Of a DNA stretch of 64,000 nucleotides, positions 19,518-28,784 are shown piece by piece. A model generated the notes under the pieces. It was not told where the DNA came from. It saw only the letters and a list, made by a program, of their open reading frames with translations, and did not search any database. The position numbers and the translations under genes are program-made. The DNA comes from an uncultured Ectothiorhodospiraceae bacterium (GTDB lineage: Bacteria; Pseudomonadota; Gammaproteobacteria; JAABTG01): the NCBI GenBank assembly GCA_937867305.1, contig CALMKJ010000025.1, forward strand, positions 12,196 through 76,195, in the 5' to 3' direction. The number at the start of each line of letters is the position of its first letter. Position 1 is the stretch's first letter.

Positions 19518-19780
19518 GAAAACGGCCTCCCAGGGTGCGGTGTGGGAGGTGCCCGGGCCGTGGAGGGAGGGGGAAGCGCGGGCCGCCGACCTCTTCGGCC
19601 GACGGCCCGCAGTGGTGCTGTCGCCGCCAACCCTGGCCCGTCGCACCCCGGACCCGTTCCATCGGGTCCGGCGAAAAGTCTACGCCGGTCCGGTGGCTGC
19701 GGTGGATGGAGATTCCGCGACCGTGGCGTAGGAAGAATTTGACCGTTGCTCGGCCAATGGTCCGGGGGCTGCTTGCGCCC

Positions 19781-20791
19781 TCAGCAGATGCGGGGCAGCG
19801 GGTCGTCCTCGAGCTCGTCGAGCAGCCGCTCGCCGCCGAGCTCCGTCTCGAGGACGAGATGGGGCCTGGCCCCCGTTACGGTGCCAATCCTGCGCGCATC
19901 CCGGCCCTGGGGCAGCGCCTTCCAGGCCGAGAGGGCGTCAGCGGCGGCCTCCGGGGCGACGACGGCGACGACCCGCCCCTCGCAGGCGAGGTAATAGGGG
20001 TCGTAGCCGAGCATCTCGCAGACCGAGCGCACGGGGTCGCGCACCGGGATCTCGGGCTCGCGGACGCGTACCCCGCGGCCGGTTGCCTGGCAGATTTCGT
20101 GCAACACGGTGGCGAGCCCGCCGCGGGTCGGGTCGCGCATGAAACGCAGGCCGTCCAGGGGGAGGAGGGCCTGGGTCAGCGGCAGCACGCTCGCCGCGTC
20201 CGACTGCAGGTCCCCCCGCAGGCCGAACTGCTCCCGGGCGAGCATCACGGCGATGCCGTGGTCCCCGACCGGACCGCTGACCAGGATCGTGTCGCCCTCG
20301 CGGATGCGGTGCAGCCCCAGCTCCACGTGGCGCGGGCGCAGGCCGACGCCGGTCGTGGCCAGGTAGATCCCGCCGCCCTCGCCGCGGCGCACCACCTTGG
20401 TGTCGCCGGCGGCCACCCGCACGCCCACCTCGCGCGCGGCGCGGGCCAGACTCGCCACGACGCGTTCCAGCAGGGCGATCTCGGTCCCTTCCTCGATGAA
20501 CGCGTTCAGGCTGAGATACAGCGGGGTCGCGCCGGAAACGGCCAGGTCGTTGGTGGTGCCGTGCACCGCGAGCATGCCGATGTCGCCGCCCGGGAATTCG
20601 ATGGGCTGAACCGTGAAGCCGTCGGTGGTGAACATCAGCTGCCCGTCCCCCCGCGGCACGTCGATCGGCACCGCGTCGGCGTGCACGTCCAGATCGGGGT
20701 TGGCCAGGTGGCGGGCGAAGACCTCTTCGATCAACTCCCGCATGAATCGCCCACCGTTTCCGTGGGCCAGCGCGATGTGGGTGTCCTGCAT
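19781..20791 (-). CDS. hypE: Hydrogenase maturation protein HypE
   Basis: LAHGNGG, FPGGDIG, GDTKVV, MRDPTRGGLA, C-terminal PRIC. Confidence 0.96.
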   Translation of the reverse strand: MQDTHIALAHGNGGRFMRELIEEVFARHLANPDLDVHADAVPIDVPRGDGQLMFTTDGFTVQPIEFPGGDIGMLAVHGTTNDLAVSGATPLYLSLNAFIEEGTEIALLERVVASLARAAREVGVRVAAGDTKVVRRGEGGGIYLATTGVGLRPRHVELGLHRIREGDTILVSGPVGDHGIAVMLAREQFGLRGDLQSDAASVLPLTQALLPLDGLRFMRDPTRGGLATVLHEICQATGRGVRVREPEIPVRDPVRSVCEMLGYDPYYLACEGRVVAVVAPEAAADALSAWKALPQGRDARRIGTVTGARPHLVLETELGGERLLDELEDDPLPRIC

Positions 20792-20815
20792 GGTGGGAAC
20801 CTTATCACAAGGGGC

Positions 20816-23092
20816 TCAGGGCCGTGCCCTGGCGCCGTATTCGATGACCTGGCCGAAGCTGATGCCGCCGTCGTTCGGGGGGACCTCGCGGTTCAGGTGC
20901 ACGCGGAACCCCGCCTCGGTGAGGAAGAAGGCCGCCCGCTCCGTCAGCAGCCGGTTCTGGAAGACGCCGCCGCAAAGCCCCACGTCCGCCACCCCCGTCT
21001 CCTCGCGCACCGCGCGGGCGACGGCCGCCGCGACCCGTGCCAGGCTGTCGTGGAGCCCGCCGGCCCGCTCTTCCACCGGCCGCGCGTCGTCCGTCAGCCA
21101 GTCGACGAGCGGCGCCCAGTCGGCGACCCACGTGTCCCCCTGCCGCACGAGGGGCAGCTCCGGGCCCCGGGCCTCGGGGTCCGCGATTGCCTCGAGCCCC
21201 ATGGGCCCCTGTCCCTCGTAGCTGGCCGTCAGGACGCGCCCGGTCAGGGCAGCGGCGGCGTCGAAGAGCCGGCCGACCGCCGAGGTCTCGGGGGCGTTGA
21301 GGCCCCGGGCCCAGGCGTCCCGTACGAGGTCGGCCCCGGCCGGGGCGCGTGGCCAGTCCCGGCCCGAGGTCCAGCAGAGGCTCGCGGCGCTGCGCCACGG
21401 CTCCCGCGCCGCCCGCTCGCCCCCCGGAAGCCGGAACCGGCGGAAGGTGGCGACGCGGCGCCAGGCGCCAGGGTGGCCCAGGAAGGACTCGCCGCCCCAG
21501 AGGGTGCCGTCCTCGCCGAGACCGACGCCGTCCCAGGTGAAGACCAGGCAGGGGCGATCGACCCCGGCCTCGGCCACCAGGGCCGAGGCGTGGGCGTGGT
21601 GGTGGAGGACCGCGGCCGACGGCAGTCCCTGGCGAGAGGCCCAGCGGGTCGTGGCGTACCCCGGGTGGGCGTCGTGGACGAGGACCTCGGCGCGAACCCC
21701 GTAGAGCTCCTGCAGATCGCCCGTCAACTGCTCGAGGACGGAGAGGCTGCGGGGTGTCCCCATGTCGCCGATGTGGGGTGACACCACGACGCGGTCCTCC
21801 CACGCCAGCGCCACCGTGTTCTTCATGTGGGCGCCGAGCGCCAGCAAAGGGCGCGCCAGACGAAGGGGGAGGTGGAGCTCGAGCGGGGCGGACCCGCGGC
21901 CGATGCGCAGCGGGCGCGGCGCCCCGGCGGCCGAGCGGAACACCGGGTCGTCGGCAGGGCGCAGGATGGGCCGGTCGTGGTGCAGGAAGGCGTCCGCGAC
22001 CCTGGCGAGTCGCTCTTCCACCTCCTGACCCCGGGTGAGCACGGGCTCCCCGCTCAGGTTGGCCGAGGTGGCCACGAGGGGTCCGCCGAAGTCCCGCAGG
22101 AGGAGGTGGTGCAGCGGGCTGTAGGGGAGCATGACCCCGACCTCCGCGAGCCCCGGCGCGATCCCGGAGGACAGGGTGTCCCGGGCCCTGCGCCGGGCGA
22201 GGACGATGGGTCTCAGCGGACCGCGCAGGAGCTCGGTCTCCTGCGCCGTCAGCTCGACCGCCTCCCGCACCGCCGCCAGCCCGTCCGCCCCCTCGAGCGG
22301 AAACATCACCGCGAGGGGCTTGTGCGGGCGGGGTTTGCGTGCCCGGAGCCGGGCCACGGGTGCGTCGAGGCGGGCATCGCACATCAGGTGATAGCCCCCG
22401 ATCCCCTTCACGGCGACGACCTGACCGGCGCGCAGGGCCTCGACGCAGGCCGAGAGGGCGGCGGCGGTGTCCGTCACGGAGGCCCCGTCGTGGGCGTGAT
22501 AGGTCAGCCGCGGCCCGCAGACGGGACAGGCGACCGGCTCGGCGTGAAAACGCCGGTCCATGGGGTCTGCATATTCCCGCGCACAATCGGGGCAGAGCGG
22601 GAAGCCGGCCATCGAGGTGTGCGGGCGGTCGTAGGGCAGGCGCGCGATCAGCGTGTAGCGCGGCCCGCACTGGGTGCAGTTGATGAAGGGGTAGCGGTAC
22701 CGGCGGTCTCCCGGGTCCTCCAGCTCCGCGAGGCAGGCGTCGCAGGTGAAGTAGTCCGGCGGCACGTGAATTCGCGTGTCCGCGGATTCCTCGCTCGGGA
22801 GGATGACGAAGGACTCCAGGGGGGCAGGGGACACGGGGATGCTCTCCCGTACCTCGGGCCGGGCGAGCGGTGGCGCCTGCCGGACCAGGTCGTGGCCGAA
22901 GGCCTCCAGATCGGGGCCGTTCCCCTGCGCCAGGACCTCCACCTGGCCGCGCTGGTTCTGGACCCAGCCGGTGAGGTGGTAGCGGTGGGCCAGACGATAG
23001 ACGAACGGTCGGAAACCGACCCCCTGAACGCGCCCCGCCAGGACCCAGCGCCGCGCCTCCAGGGGAGATGGGCTGGGGGCTCGCTTCTTCAA
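20816..23092 (-). CDS. hypF: Carbamoyltransferase HypF
   Basis: GRVQGVGFRPFVY (acylphosphatase domain), CTQCGPRY and CPVCGP zinc fingers, KGIGGYHL, HHHAH, PPNDGGISFGQ. TTG start overlaps the hypD stop. Confidence 0.95.
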   Translation of the reverse strand: MKKRAPSPSPLEARRWVLAGRVQGVGFRPFVYRLAHRYHLTGWVQNQRGQVEVLAQGNGPDLEAFGHDLVRQAPPLARPEVRESIPVSPAPLESFVILPSEESADTRIHVPPDYFTCDACLAELEDPGDRRYRYPFINCTQCGPRYTLIARLPYDRPHTSMAGFPLCPDCAREYADPMDRRFHAEPVACPVCGPRLTYHAHDGASVTDTAAALSACVEALRAGQVVAVKGIGGYHLMCDARLDAPVARLRARKPRPHKPLAVMFPLEGADGLAAVREAVELTAQETELLRGPLRPIVLARRRARDTLSSGIAPGLAEVGVMLPYSPLHHLLLRDFGGPLVATSANLSGEPVLTRGQEVEERLARVADAFLHHDRPILRPADDPVFRSAAGAPRPLRIGRGSAPLELHLPLRLARPLLALGAHMKNTVALAWEDRVVVSPHIGDMGTPRSLSVLEQLTGDLQELYGVRAEVLVHDAHPGYATTRWASRQGLPSAAVLHHHAHASALVAEAGVDRPCLVFTWDGVGLGEDGTLWGGESFLGHPGAWRRVATFRRFRLPGGERAAREPWRSAASLCWTSGRDWPRAPAGADLVRDAWARGLNAPETSAVGRLFDAAAALTGRVLTASYEGQGPMGLEAIADPEARGPELPLVRQGDTWVADWAPLVDWLTDDARPVEERAGGLHDSLARVAAAVARAVREETGVADVGLCGGVFQNRLLTERAAFFLTEAGFRVHLNREVPPNDGGISFGQVIEYGARARP

Positions 23093-24189
23093 GCCGCGGG
23101 GTTGTCCCGGACTCCGCCGGACCACCAGATCCGGCACGCGCCCTCGTCCGACACCATGCAGGGTCCGACGGGGGTCCGTGGCGTGCACGCCTTGCCGTAC
23201 AGGCGGCACTCGTTGGGGTAGATGCGGCCCAGGACGACCTTCGCGCAGTCGCAGCCGGGGGGCATCTCGCCCGCGCGCTTCCGGCTCGCGTCGGCGTACG
23301 AGGGGAAGACCCGGCGGGCGTCGCGCGCGGCGAGCGCCGGGCGCAGCGCGTAGCCGGACGCGGGGATGACCCCGATCCCGCGCCAGGCCGCGTCGACCAC
23401 CTCCATCGCCTCGGCCAGGTGGCGGCGGGCGGTCGGGTTGCCCCCCGGGCGAACGACCTCGGGGTAGCAGTTGTCCAGGAACCGCCGCCCGTCCAGGAGC
23501 TGGCGCAGGGTCGAGTACATCGCCGCCAGCAGGCTGGCCGGGGTGAACCCCGCGATGGCCGCCGGCAGGCCGTGCCGGTCGACGACGAACTGCCACTCCT
23601 CCGGCCCCATGACCGTCGCGACGTGTCCCGGGGCGATGAGGCCGTCGAACCCTGGCGTCCCGGAGTCGAGGAGCATCGCGACGGCCGGCCACGTGAGCCG
23701 TCCCGACAGGAGCATCAGCAGGTTTTCGGGTGCGCCCTGCACCAGCAGGGAGGCCACTGGCGCCATGGTGGTCTCGAACCCGGCGGCGAAGAACACCACC
23801 CGCCGGCCGGGGTTGGACGATGCGATGGCCGCGGCCTCCTGGGGCGAGGCGATGGGCCGGATGTCGGCGCCCGCCGCCTTGGCCTGCTCCAGCGAGCGGG
23901 CCTCGCCCCGGGGCACGTTGACCGGAACGCGCAGCATGTCGCCGAACGCCACCAGCGTGACGTCCTCGTGGAGCGCGACCTGAATGGCCTCGTAGACGTC
24001 CTCTTCGGGGCAGATGCACACCGGACAGCCGGGGCCGGGGATCAATTCGACGTCCCGCGGGAGCGCGGCGCGCAGCCCGGCCATGGTGATCGACCGCTCG
24101 TGGCCGCCGCAGACGTTCATGAGCCGCACGCGCCGGCGCAGCGGCAGGGCACGGATCCGCTCGAGCCAGAGCCGGGCCTCCTCGGCCAC
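23089..24189 (-). CDS. hypD: Hydrogenase maturation protein HypD
   Basis: CGGH, GPGCPVC, GFETT, PGHV, C-terminal Fe-S cysteines (GPCMVSDEGAC). Confidence 0.96.
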   Translation of the reverse strand: MAEEARLWLERIRALPLRRRVRLMNVCGGHERSITMAGLRAALPRDVELIPGPGCPVCICPEEDVYEAIQVALHEDVTLVAFGDMLRVPVNVPRGEARSLEQAKAAGADIRPIASPQEAAAIASSNPGRRVVFFAAGFETTMAPVASLLVQGAPENLLMLLSGRLTWPAVAMLLDSGTPGFDGLIAPGHVATVMGPEEWQFVVDRHGLPAAIAGFTPASLLAAMYSTLRQLLDGRRFLDNCYPEVVRPGGNPTARRHLAEAMEVVDAAWRGIGVIPASGYALRPALAARDARRVFPSYADASRKRAGEMPPGCDCAKVVLGRIYPNECRLYGKACTPRTPVGPCMVSDEGACRIWWSGGVRDNPAA

Positions 24190-24194
24190 CGGGC

Positions 24195-25067
24195 CTAACC
24201 TCCGGGCCGGGGGGGCGGCGCCAGGCGCCCCGCGTGCCCGTGCCCCTGTTCGTGCGCCTGGTGCAGGTGTTCCCCGTCGGGTTGGATGGCGGGCCGCCGG
24301 GTCTCGCCGCGGGCGACCCGCTCCCGGTGCGCGGTGACCTCGGAGCGCAGCCAGCCGATCCAGCGGTCCATCCCCGGTCCCTTGCGGGCGGAGAGGGAGA
24401 CGACGGGGGCCTCGCTCGCCAGCGCGCGAACGTGGCGCTCGGCGCGCTCGGGGGAGAAGTCGTCCAACACCGCGAGGAGATCGGTCTTGGTGAGCAGCAC
24501 CAGGTCGGCTGCCCGGAACATCACGGGGTACTTCGCGGGCTTGTCGTCGCCCTCGGTCACCGAGAGGAGGATGACGTTGCGGTGCTGGCCCAGATCGAAG
24601 CTCGCCGGGCAGACGAGGTTGCCCACGTTCTCGATGAACAGGATGTCGAGACCGGGCAGATCGACCTGGTGCAGCGCGTCGTGGACCATGTGGGCGTCCA
24701 GGTGGCAGGCGCTCCCGGTGCAGATCTGGACCGCCGGCACGCCGCGGGCCCGGATCCGCTCGGCGTCGTTCTCGGTCTCCAGGTCCCCCTCGACCACCGC
24801 GATGCGCATCTCGCCGCTCAGGGCCGAAATGGTGGCCTCCAGGAGCGCGGTCTTGCCGGCCCCCGGCGAGGACATCAGGTTCACCGCGAGCACGCCGTGG
24901 CTGTCGAAGTGGGCGCGGTTGTGGGCCGCCAGGCGATCGTTCTCGGACAGCAGTCCCTGCAGCACGTGCACCGCGACGCGCCCGTCCGGCGCCCGGTAGA
25001 GCTTGCCCTCGGGCTCGAGCAGGTGCCGGTTGCCCGGCGTCACGTTGCAGCCACAGGTGTCACACAT
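24195..25067 (-). CDS. hypB: Nickel-insertion GTPase HypB
   Basis: MCDTCGC, SSPGAGKT, CHLDA, ENVGNLVCPA, DKPAKYP, TKTD. Confidence 0.96.
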   Translation of the reverse strand: MCDTCGCNVTPGNRHLLEPEGKLYRAPDGRVAVHVLQGLLSENDRLAAHNRAHFDSHGVLAVNLMSSPGAGKTALLEATISALSGEMRIAVVEGDLETENDAERIRARGVPAVQICTGSACHLDAHMVHDALHQVDLPGLDILFIENVGNLVCPASFDLGQHRNVILLSVTEGDDKPAKYPVMFRAADLVLLTKTDLLAVLDDFSPERAERHVRALASEAPVVSLSARKGPGMDRWIGWLRSEVTAHRERVARGETRRPAIQPDGEHLHQAHEQGHGHAGRLAPPPRPGG

Positions 25068-25101
25068 CGCGAGCTGTCCTCGGGGGTGGGTGAGAGACGG
25101 A

Positions 25102-25464
25102 CTACGCGGGGGCGGCGGACGCGGTGATCAGCTCCACGCGCGCCAGCAGCATCTCGTCCCCGCTCCGCACCTCGGTTCGGTAATCGCCGCAGGCCGGGCA
25201 GACCAGGCGGTTGGGCGGGACCTCCGCCTCGTGGCCACAGGTCCGGCAGCGCACGGTGACCGGGGACCCCTCCACGTCGAGCCGCGCGCCCTCGGCGACG
25301 GTGCCGGCCGCAGCCATGGGGAAGGCCGTCGTCAGGAGGGCGGGCTCGACCCCCGAGAGGGGCCCGACCCGCAGCAGGATGCGCTCCACACCTGTGGCGC
25401 GGTGCTCGCGCGCGATGTCGACCACCTGCTCGATCAGGGCCTGACAGACCGAGAGCTCATGCAT
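25102..25464 (-). CDS. hypA: Nickel metallochaperone HypA
   Basis: MHELS N-terminus; CRTC and CPAC zinc motifs. Confidence 0.96.
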   Translation of the reverse strand: MHELSVCQALIEQVVDIAREHRATGVERILLRVGPLSGVEPALLTTAFPMAAAGTVAEGARLDVEGSPVTVRCRTCGHEAEVPPNRLVCPACGDYRTEVRSGDEMLLARVELITASAAPA

Positions 25465-25687
25465 CCGCGGCGGCCAGCATCAGGTCGTACATCTCCCAGG
25501 CCGACCGCGCCTCCTCCTCGGTCATCTTCTGCAGCGCGTAGCCCACGTGGACCATGACGTGGTCGCCCGGCTCGACGGGCTCGTCCTGGAGCATGAAAAG
25601 GCTGACCTCGCGCTCGATGCCCTTGGCCTCGCAGCGAGCGTTGAAGCCGTCCACCTCGAGAACCTTCATGGGGATGCCCAGGCACAT
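25457..25687 (-). CDS. hypC: Hydrogenase chaperone HypC
   Basis: MCLGIP N-terminus; GDHVMVHVGYA. Confidence 0.96.
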   Translation of the reverse strand: MCLGIPMKVLEVDGFNARCEAKGIEREVSLFMLQDEPVEPGDHVMVHVGYALQKMTEEEARSAWEMYDLMLAAADA

Positions 25688-25737
25688 CGCGACCTCCGGT
25701 GGCCGTCACGGCGGTGAGAGTCTCTTTCCGGCGCTTC

Positions 25738-25763
25738 TTAACAAGGATTAATTCACTTGTGAA
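25738..25763. promoter_or_regulatory. AT-rich imperfect palindrome in the divergent hypC/hynD promoter region
   Basis: TTAACAAG-N10-CTTGTGAA (7 of 8 arm positions complementary), with an inner TTCAC-TT-GTGAA palindrome. Confidence 0.45.
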
Positions 25764-25963
25764 GCGGCTGGCGGCAATATTAGCACCTGCTGTTACGTCG
25801 GCCAAAATATCCCTTGGGCGGTTCCCAGCGGGCGGCGGAGACTCCGGTCTCTGCGCCGGGAGGGAGCGGGTGGGGAGTCTTGGGCGGAAGGGTGGCCGGC
25901 CCGGGGTGGCGGACGGCGCCGGGCGGGCGGGTCGGCGGGTCCATGCAGGGGTCAGGAGGTGAG

Positions 25964-26509
25964 GTGACGGAGGACGGGAGTCGCACAGGTCGTACGGTGG
26001 AGGGTGCTGGAACGCCAGCGCCGGGAATGCGCACGCTGGTGCTCGGGGTGGGCAACCGGCTTCTGACCGACGAGGGCACCGGGGTGCACGTGGTAGAGTT
26101 CCTGGCGCGGGAGCACCCGGGTCACGAGGACATCACCTACCTCGACGGCGGTACCCTCAGCTTCACCCTGGCAGGCCCCATCGAGGACCACGATGCGCTG
26201 GTCGTGGTGGATGCCGCGCAGCTGATGGCGGCGCCCGGCACCATTCAGGTGTTCGTCGGCGAGGACATGGACCGGTTCCTCGGCCGAGCGAAGCTCAGCG
26301 TGCACGAGGTAAGCCTGGTGGACCTGATGGACATCGCGCGGCTGACCGACCACCTGCCGGCCCGTCGTGCGCTGGTCGGGGTCCAGCCTGCGGCGATGGG
26401 GTGGGGGAACGACCCGACGCCGGTCGTGGCGAAGGCGGTCCCCGAGGCAGCGGCCCGGGTTCTCGAAATCATCCGGGGCTGGCAGGCCGAGGCAAGGCCC
26501 TCTCTTTGA
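25964..26509 (+). CDS. hynD: Hydrogenase maturation endopeptidase (HyaD/HupD/HynD family)
   Basis: VLGVGNRLLTDEGTGVHV, LDGGT, VVVDA, SVHEVSL, GVQP. GTG 25964 follows AGGAGGT; alternative start is ATG 26027. Confidence 0.9.
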   Translation: MTEDGSRTGRTVEGAGTPAPGMRTLVLGVGNRLLTDEGTGVHVVEFLAREHPGHEDITYLDGGTLSFTLAGPIEDHDALVVVDAAQLMAAPGTIQVFVGEDMDRFLGRAKLSVHEVSLVDLMDIARLTDHLPARRALVGVQPAAMGWGNDPTPVVAKAVPEAAARVLEIIRGWQAEARPSL

Positions 26510-26547
26510 TCTGGGTCATGCTATGACCCGTGGGGGACGTCTATAAA
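26506..26547 (+). promoter_or_regulatory. Candidate FNR/CRP-family class II promoter for hupH-hynS-isp1-isp2-hynL
   Basis: TTGAT-CTGG-GTCAT (26506-26519; consensus TTGAT-N4-ATCAA) and -10 TATAAA (26542-26547). Spacing places the box at about -41.5 from a TSS near 26554. Confidence 0.7.
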
Positions 26548-26575
26548 TGCGTATCTGTCTTAAGGCTAATATACC

Positions 26576-27028
26576 GTGAGTAGTCTCGACGCCATCGGCG
26601 TCCGGGTCGAAGGGCCGGACTTGAAGGCCCTTGCCCGGCGGAACGCCGAGCCGATCCTGCACGAAATCCGCCATGCGCTGGCGAGGCTCCTCGAATCCGG
26701 AGAGGAGACCGTCATCGACCTCCGTGGCCTGCCGCTGAGCGACTTCGACCAGGACTTCCTGGTCGGCGAGCTCGGTGTGGGCGAATTGGAGTGCCGGCTG
26801 GACGCGCTCGGCAAGAGCGTGATTCAGGAGACGGCTTACCATGGGGTCTGGCTGGTGACCCACTTCAACGCCGGTGAGCAGATCATCGGGCGGTTCGTCG
26901 AGGTCACCTTCGTCCCCGCCATTCTGAAGTCCGACCCGATCGACATCCGGTCCGACCTGGATCGGTTGACGGAACGCCTTGCGGCAGGCCTGGAAGAGGG
27001 GTCTGCCGGAGAGGTAGACAGCCAGTGA
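26576..27028 (+). CDS. hupH: Hydrogenase expression/formation protein (HupH/HyaF C-terminal domain family)
   Basis: ILHEIRHAL..LLESGEETVIDLRGLPL, LGVGE, IQETAYHGVWLVTHFN; positioned before hynS. Confidence 0.85.
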   Translation: MSSLDAIGVRVEGPDLKALARRNAEPILHEIRHALARLLESGEETVIDLRGLPLSDFDQDFLVGELGVGELECRLDALGKSVIQETAYHGVWLVTHFNAGEQIIGRFVEVTFVPAILKSDPIDIRSDLDRLTERLAAGLEEGSAGEVDSQ

Positions 27029-27063
27029 CACGACTGGCGCGCGACAGCTAGGAGAACGCGTAG

Positions 27064-28128
27064 ATGCCATCGAACATGACGTTAGGCGAACGCCTGAGAA
27101 AACAAGGGGTGAGCCGGCGCGGCTTCCTGAAGTTCTGTGCCGCGACGGCGTCCATGATGGCGCTGCCGCCGACTGCCGTGTCCGCATTGGCGGCCGGCCT
27201 GGAAAAGGCCCGCCGGCCATCGGTGATCTGGCTCTCGTTCCAGGAGTGCACGGGATGTGCGGAGGCCATCACGCGCTCCGAGGCCCCGACGCTCGAGAAC
27301 CTGATCTTCGACTACATCTCCCTCGACTATCAGCACACGATCATGGCGGCCTCGGGCGACGCGGCGGAGGCGGCTCGTGAGAAGGCGATGCACGAGAACG
27401 AGGGCAAGTACATCGTCATCGTCGACGGGGCGATCCCGCTGAAGGACGACGGGATCTACTCGACCATCGCCGGGATGACCAACCTGCAGATCCTGAAGGA
27501 CACGGTGAAGCACGCGGCGGCGGTGATCTCGCTCGGCACCTGCGCGGCCTACGGCGGCATTCCGAAGGCGAGCCCCAACCCGACCGGGGCGGCGGCGGTG
27601 TCCGAGATCATCAAGGACAAGCCGATCATCAACGTTCCGGGCTGCCCGCCCATCCCCGTGGTCATCACGGGCGTGATTGCCCAGTACCTCGCCTTTGGCA
27701 AGCTGCCGGAGCTCGACGCGCTGGGTCGCCCCAAGGCCTTCTACGGCCAGAACATCCACGACCGTTGCTACCGCCGCCCGTTCTACGAGCGCGGCCTGTT
27801 CGCGGAGACCTTCGACGACGAGGGCGCGAAGGCGGGCTGGTGCCTGTGGAAGCTCGGCTGCAAGGGCCCCATCACGTACAACGCCTGCGCCGTCACGAAG
27901 TGGAACTACGGCACGAGCTTCCCGATCCAGGCCGGCCACGGCTGCATCGGCTGCTCCGAGCCGGACTTCTGGGACAAGGGCGGCTTCTACGAGCCGTTGT
28001 CCGCGGGGACGTTCTCGGCCGGCGGGCGGTTGGCGGCGGCTGCGGCGGTCGGCGTGGCGGTGGGCGTGGGCTCGGCCGTGCTGGCCCGCAACAGTCAGAA
28101 AGCCCTGCATCATAAGGAGGGAGCATGA
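27064..28128 (+). CDS. hynS: [NiFe]-hydrogenase small subunit, Tat-exported
   Basis: SRRGFLK Tat motif, ECTGC, GTCAAYGG, GCPP, HDRCYRR, CLWKLGCKGP, GHGCIGC; hydrophobic C-terminal tail. Confidence 0.95.
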   Translation: MPSNMTLGERLRKQGVSRRGFLKFCAATASMMALPPTAVSALAAGLEKARRPSVIWLSFQECTGCAEAITRSEAPTLENLIFDYISLDYQHTIMAASGDAAEAAREKAMHENEGKYIVIVDGAIPLKDDGIYSTIAGMTNLQILKDTVKHAAAVISLGTCAAYGGIPKASPNPTGAAAVSEIIKDKPIINVPGCPPIPVVITGVIAQYLAFGKLPELDALGRPKAFYGQNIHDRCYRRPFYERGLFAETFDDEGAKAGWCLWKLGCKGPITYNACAVTKWNYGTSFPIQAGHGCIGCSEPDFWDKGGFYEPLSAGTFSAGGRLAAAAAVGVAVGVGSAVLARNSQKALHHKEGA

Positions 28129-28784
28129 GCCTCTTGGACTTCGCCCGCGGCCCGGCGCTCGAGTGGTCGCTCATCATCTTCGTGATCGGTGTGGTCTGGC
28201 GGCTCGCCGGTACCTTCCTGTTCAAGGGTCAGAAATACCTCTCGAAGCCGAAGGGCACGAAGTTCGTGAGCGCCGGCCTCATGGCCATCGCGAACAAGTC
28301 GTTCCCCCCGCACGAGCTGGAGAAGCGCATCACCTTCCAGCACTACACGGGCTACCTGTTCCACATCATGCTGTTCATCGTGGTCTTCCTGTTCGAGCCG
28401 CACATCGCCTTCTTCGACTGGGCGCTGGGCATCTCTTGGCCGGGCCTGCCGACGAACGTGATCACGTTCTCCTCGGCCGTGACCGTCATCATCCTGATCG
28501 CCCTCGGCATCCGGCGCGCGACCGACCCGGTGATGAAGAAGCTCACGACCATCGACGACTGGATCAGCTGGTTCCTCACCATCACGCCGTTCATCACCGG
28601 AATGATGGCCTTCGCGCACCAGAACATCGGCGTGCGTTACGAGGACCTGCTGGCTTTGCACATCCTGAACGTCTGCCTGCTTCTGATCTGGATACCCTTC
28701 GGGAAGTTGATGCACATGTTCCTGCTCTTCCCGGGCCGCTATCAGATGGGTGAGAAGTTCGAGTACAGGGGGGTCAAGGCATGA
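28125..28784 (+). CDS. isp1: Isp1, membrane cytochrome b (NarI/DsrM-like)
   Basis: About five TM helices with His pairs (YLFHI/EPHI; ALHIL/KLMHM); lies between hynS and hynL. Confidence 0.85.
   Translation: MSLLDFARGPALEWSLIIFVIGVVWRLAGTFLFKGQKYLSKPKGTKFVSAGLMAIANKSFPPHELEKRITFQHYTGYLFHIMLFIVVFLFEPHIAFFDWALGISWPGLPTNVITFSSAVTVIILIALGIRRATDPVMKKLTTIDDWISWFLTITPFITGMMAFAHQNIGVRYEDLLALHILNVCLLLIWIPFGKLMHMFLLFPGRYQMGEKFEYRGVKA

Noticed and set aside
23093..24019. Apparent 1067-aa HypF with a long N-terminal extension
   Set aside because: The extension is an off-frame read through hypD. The real start is most likely the TTG overlapping the hypD stop.
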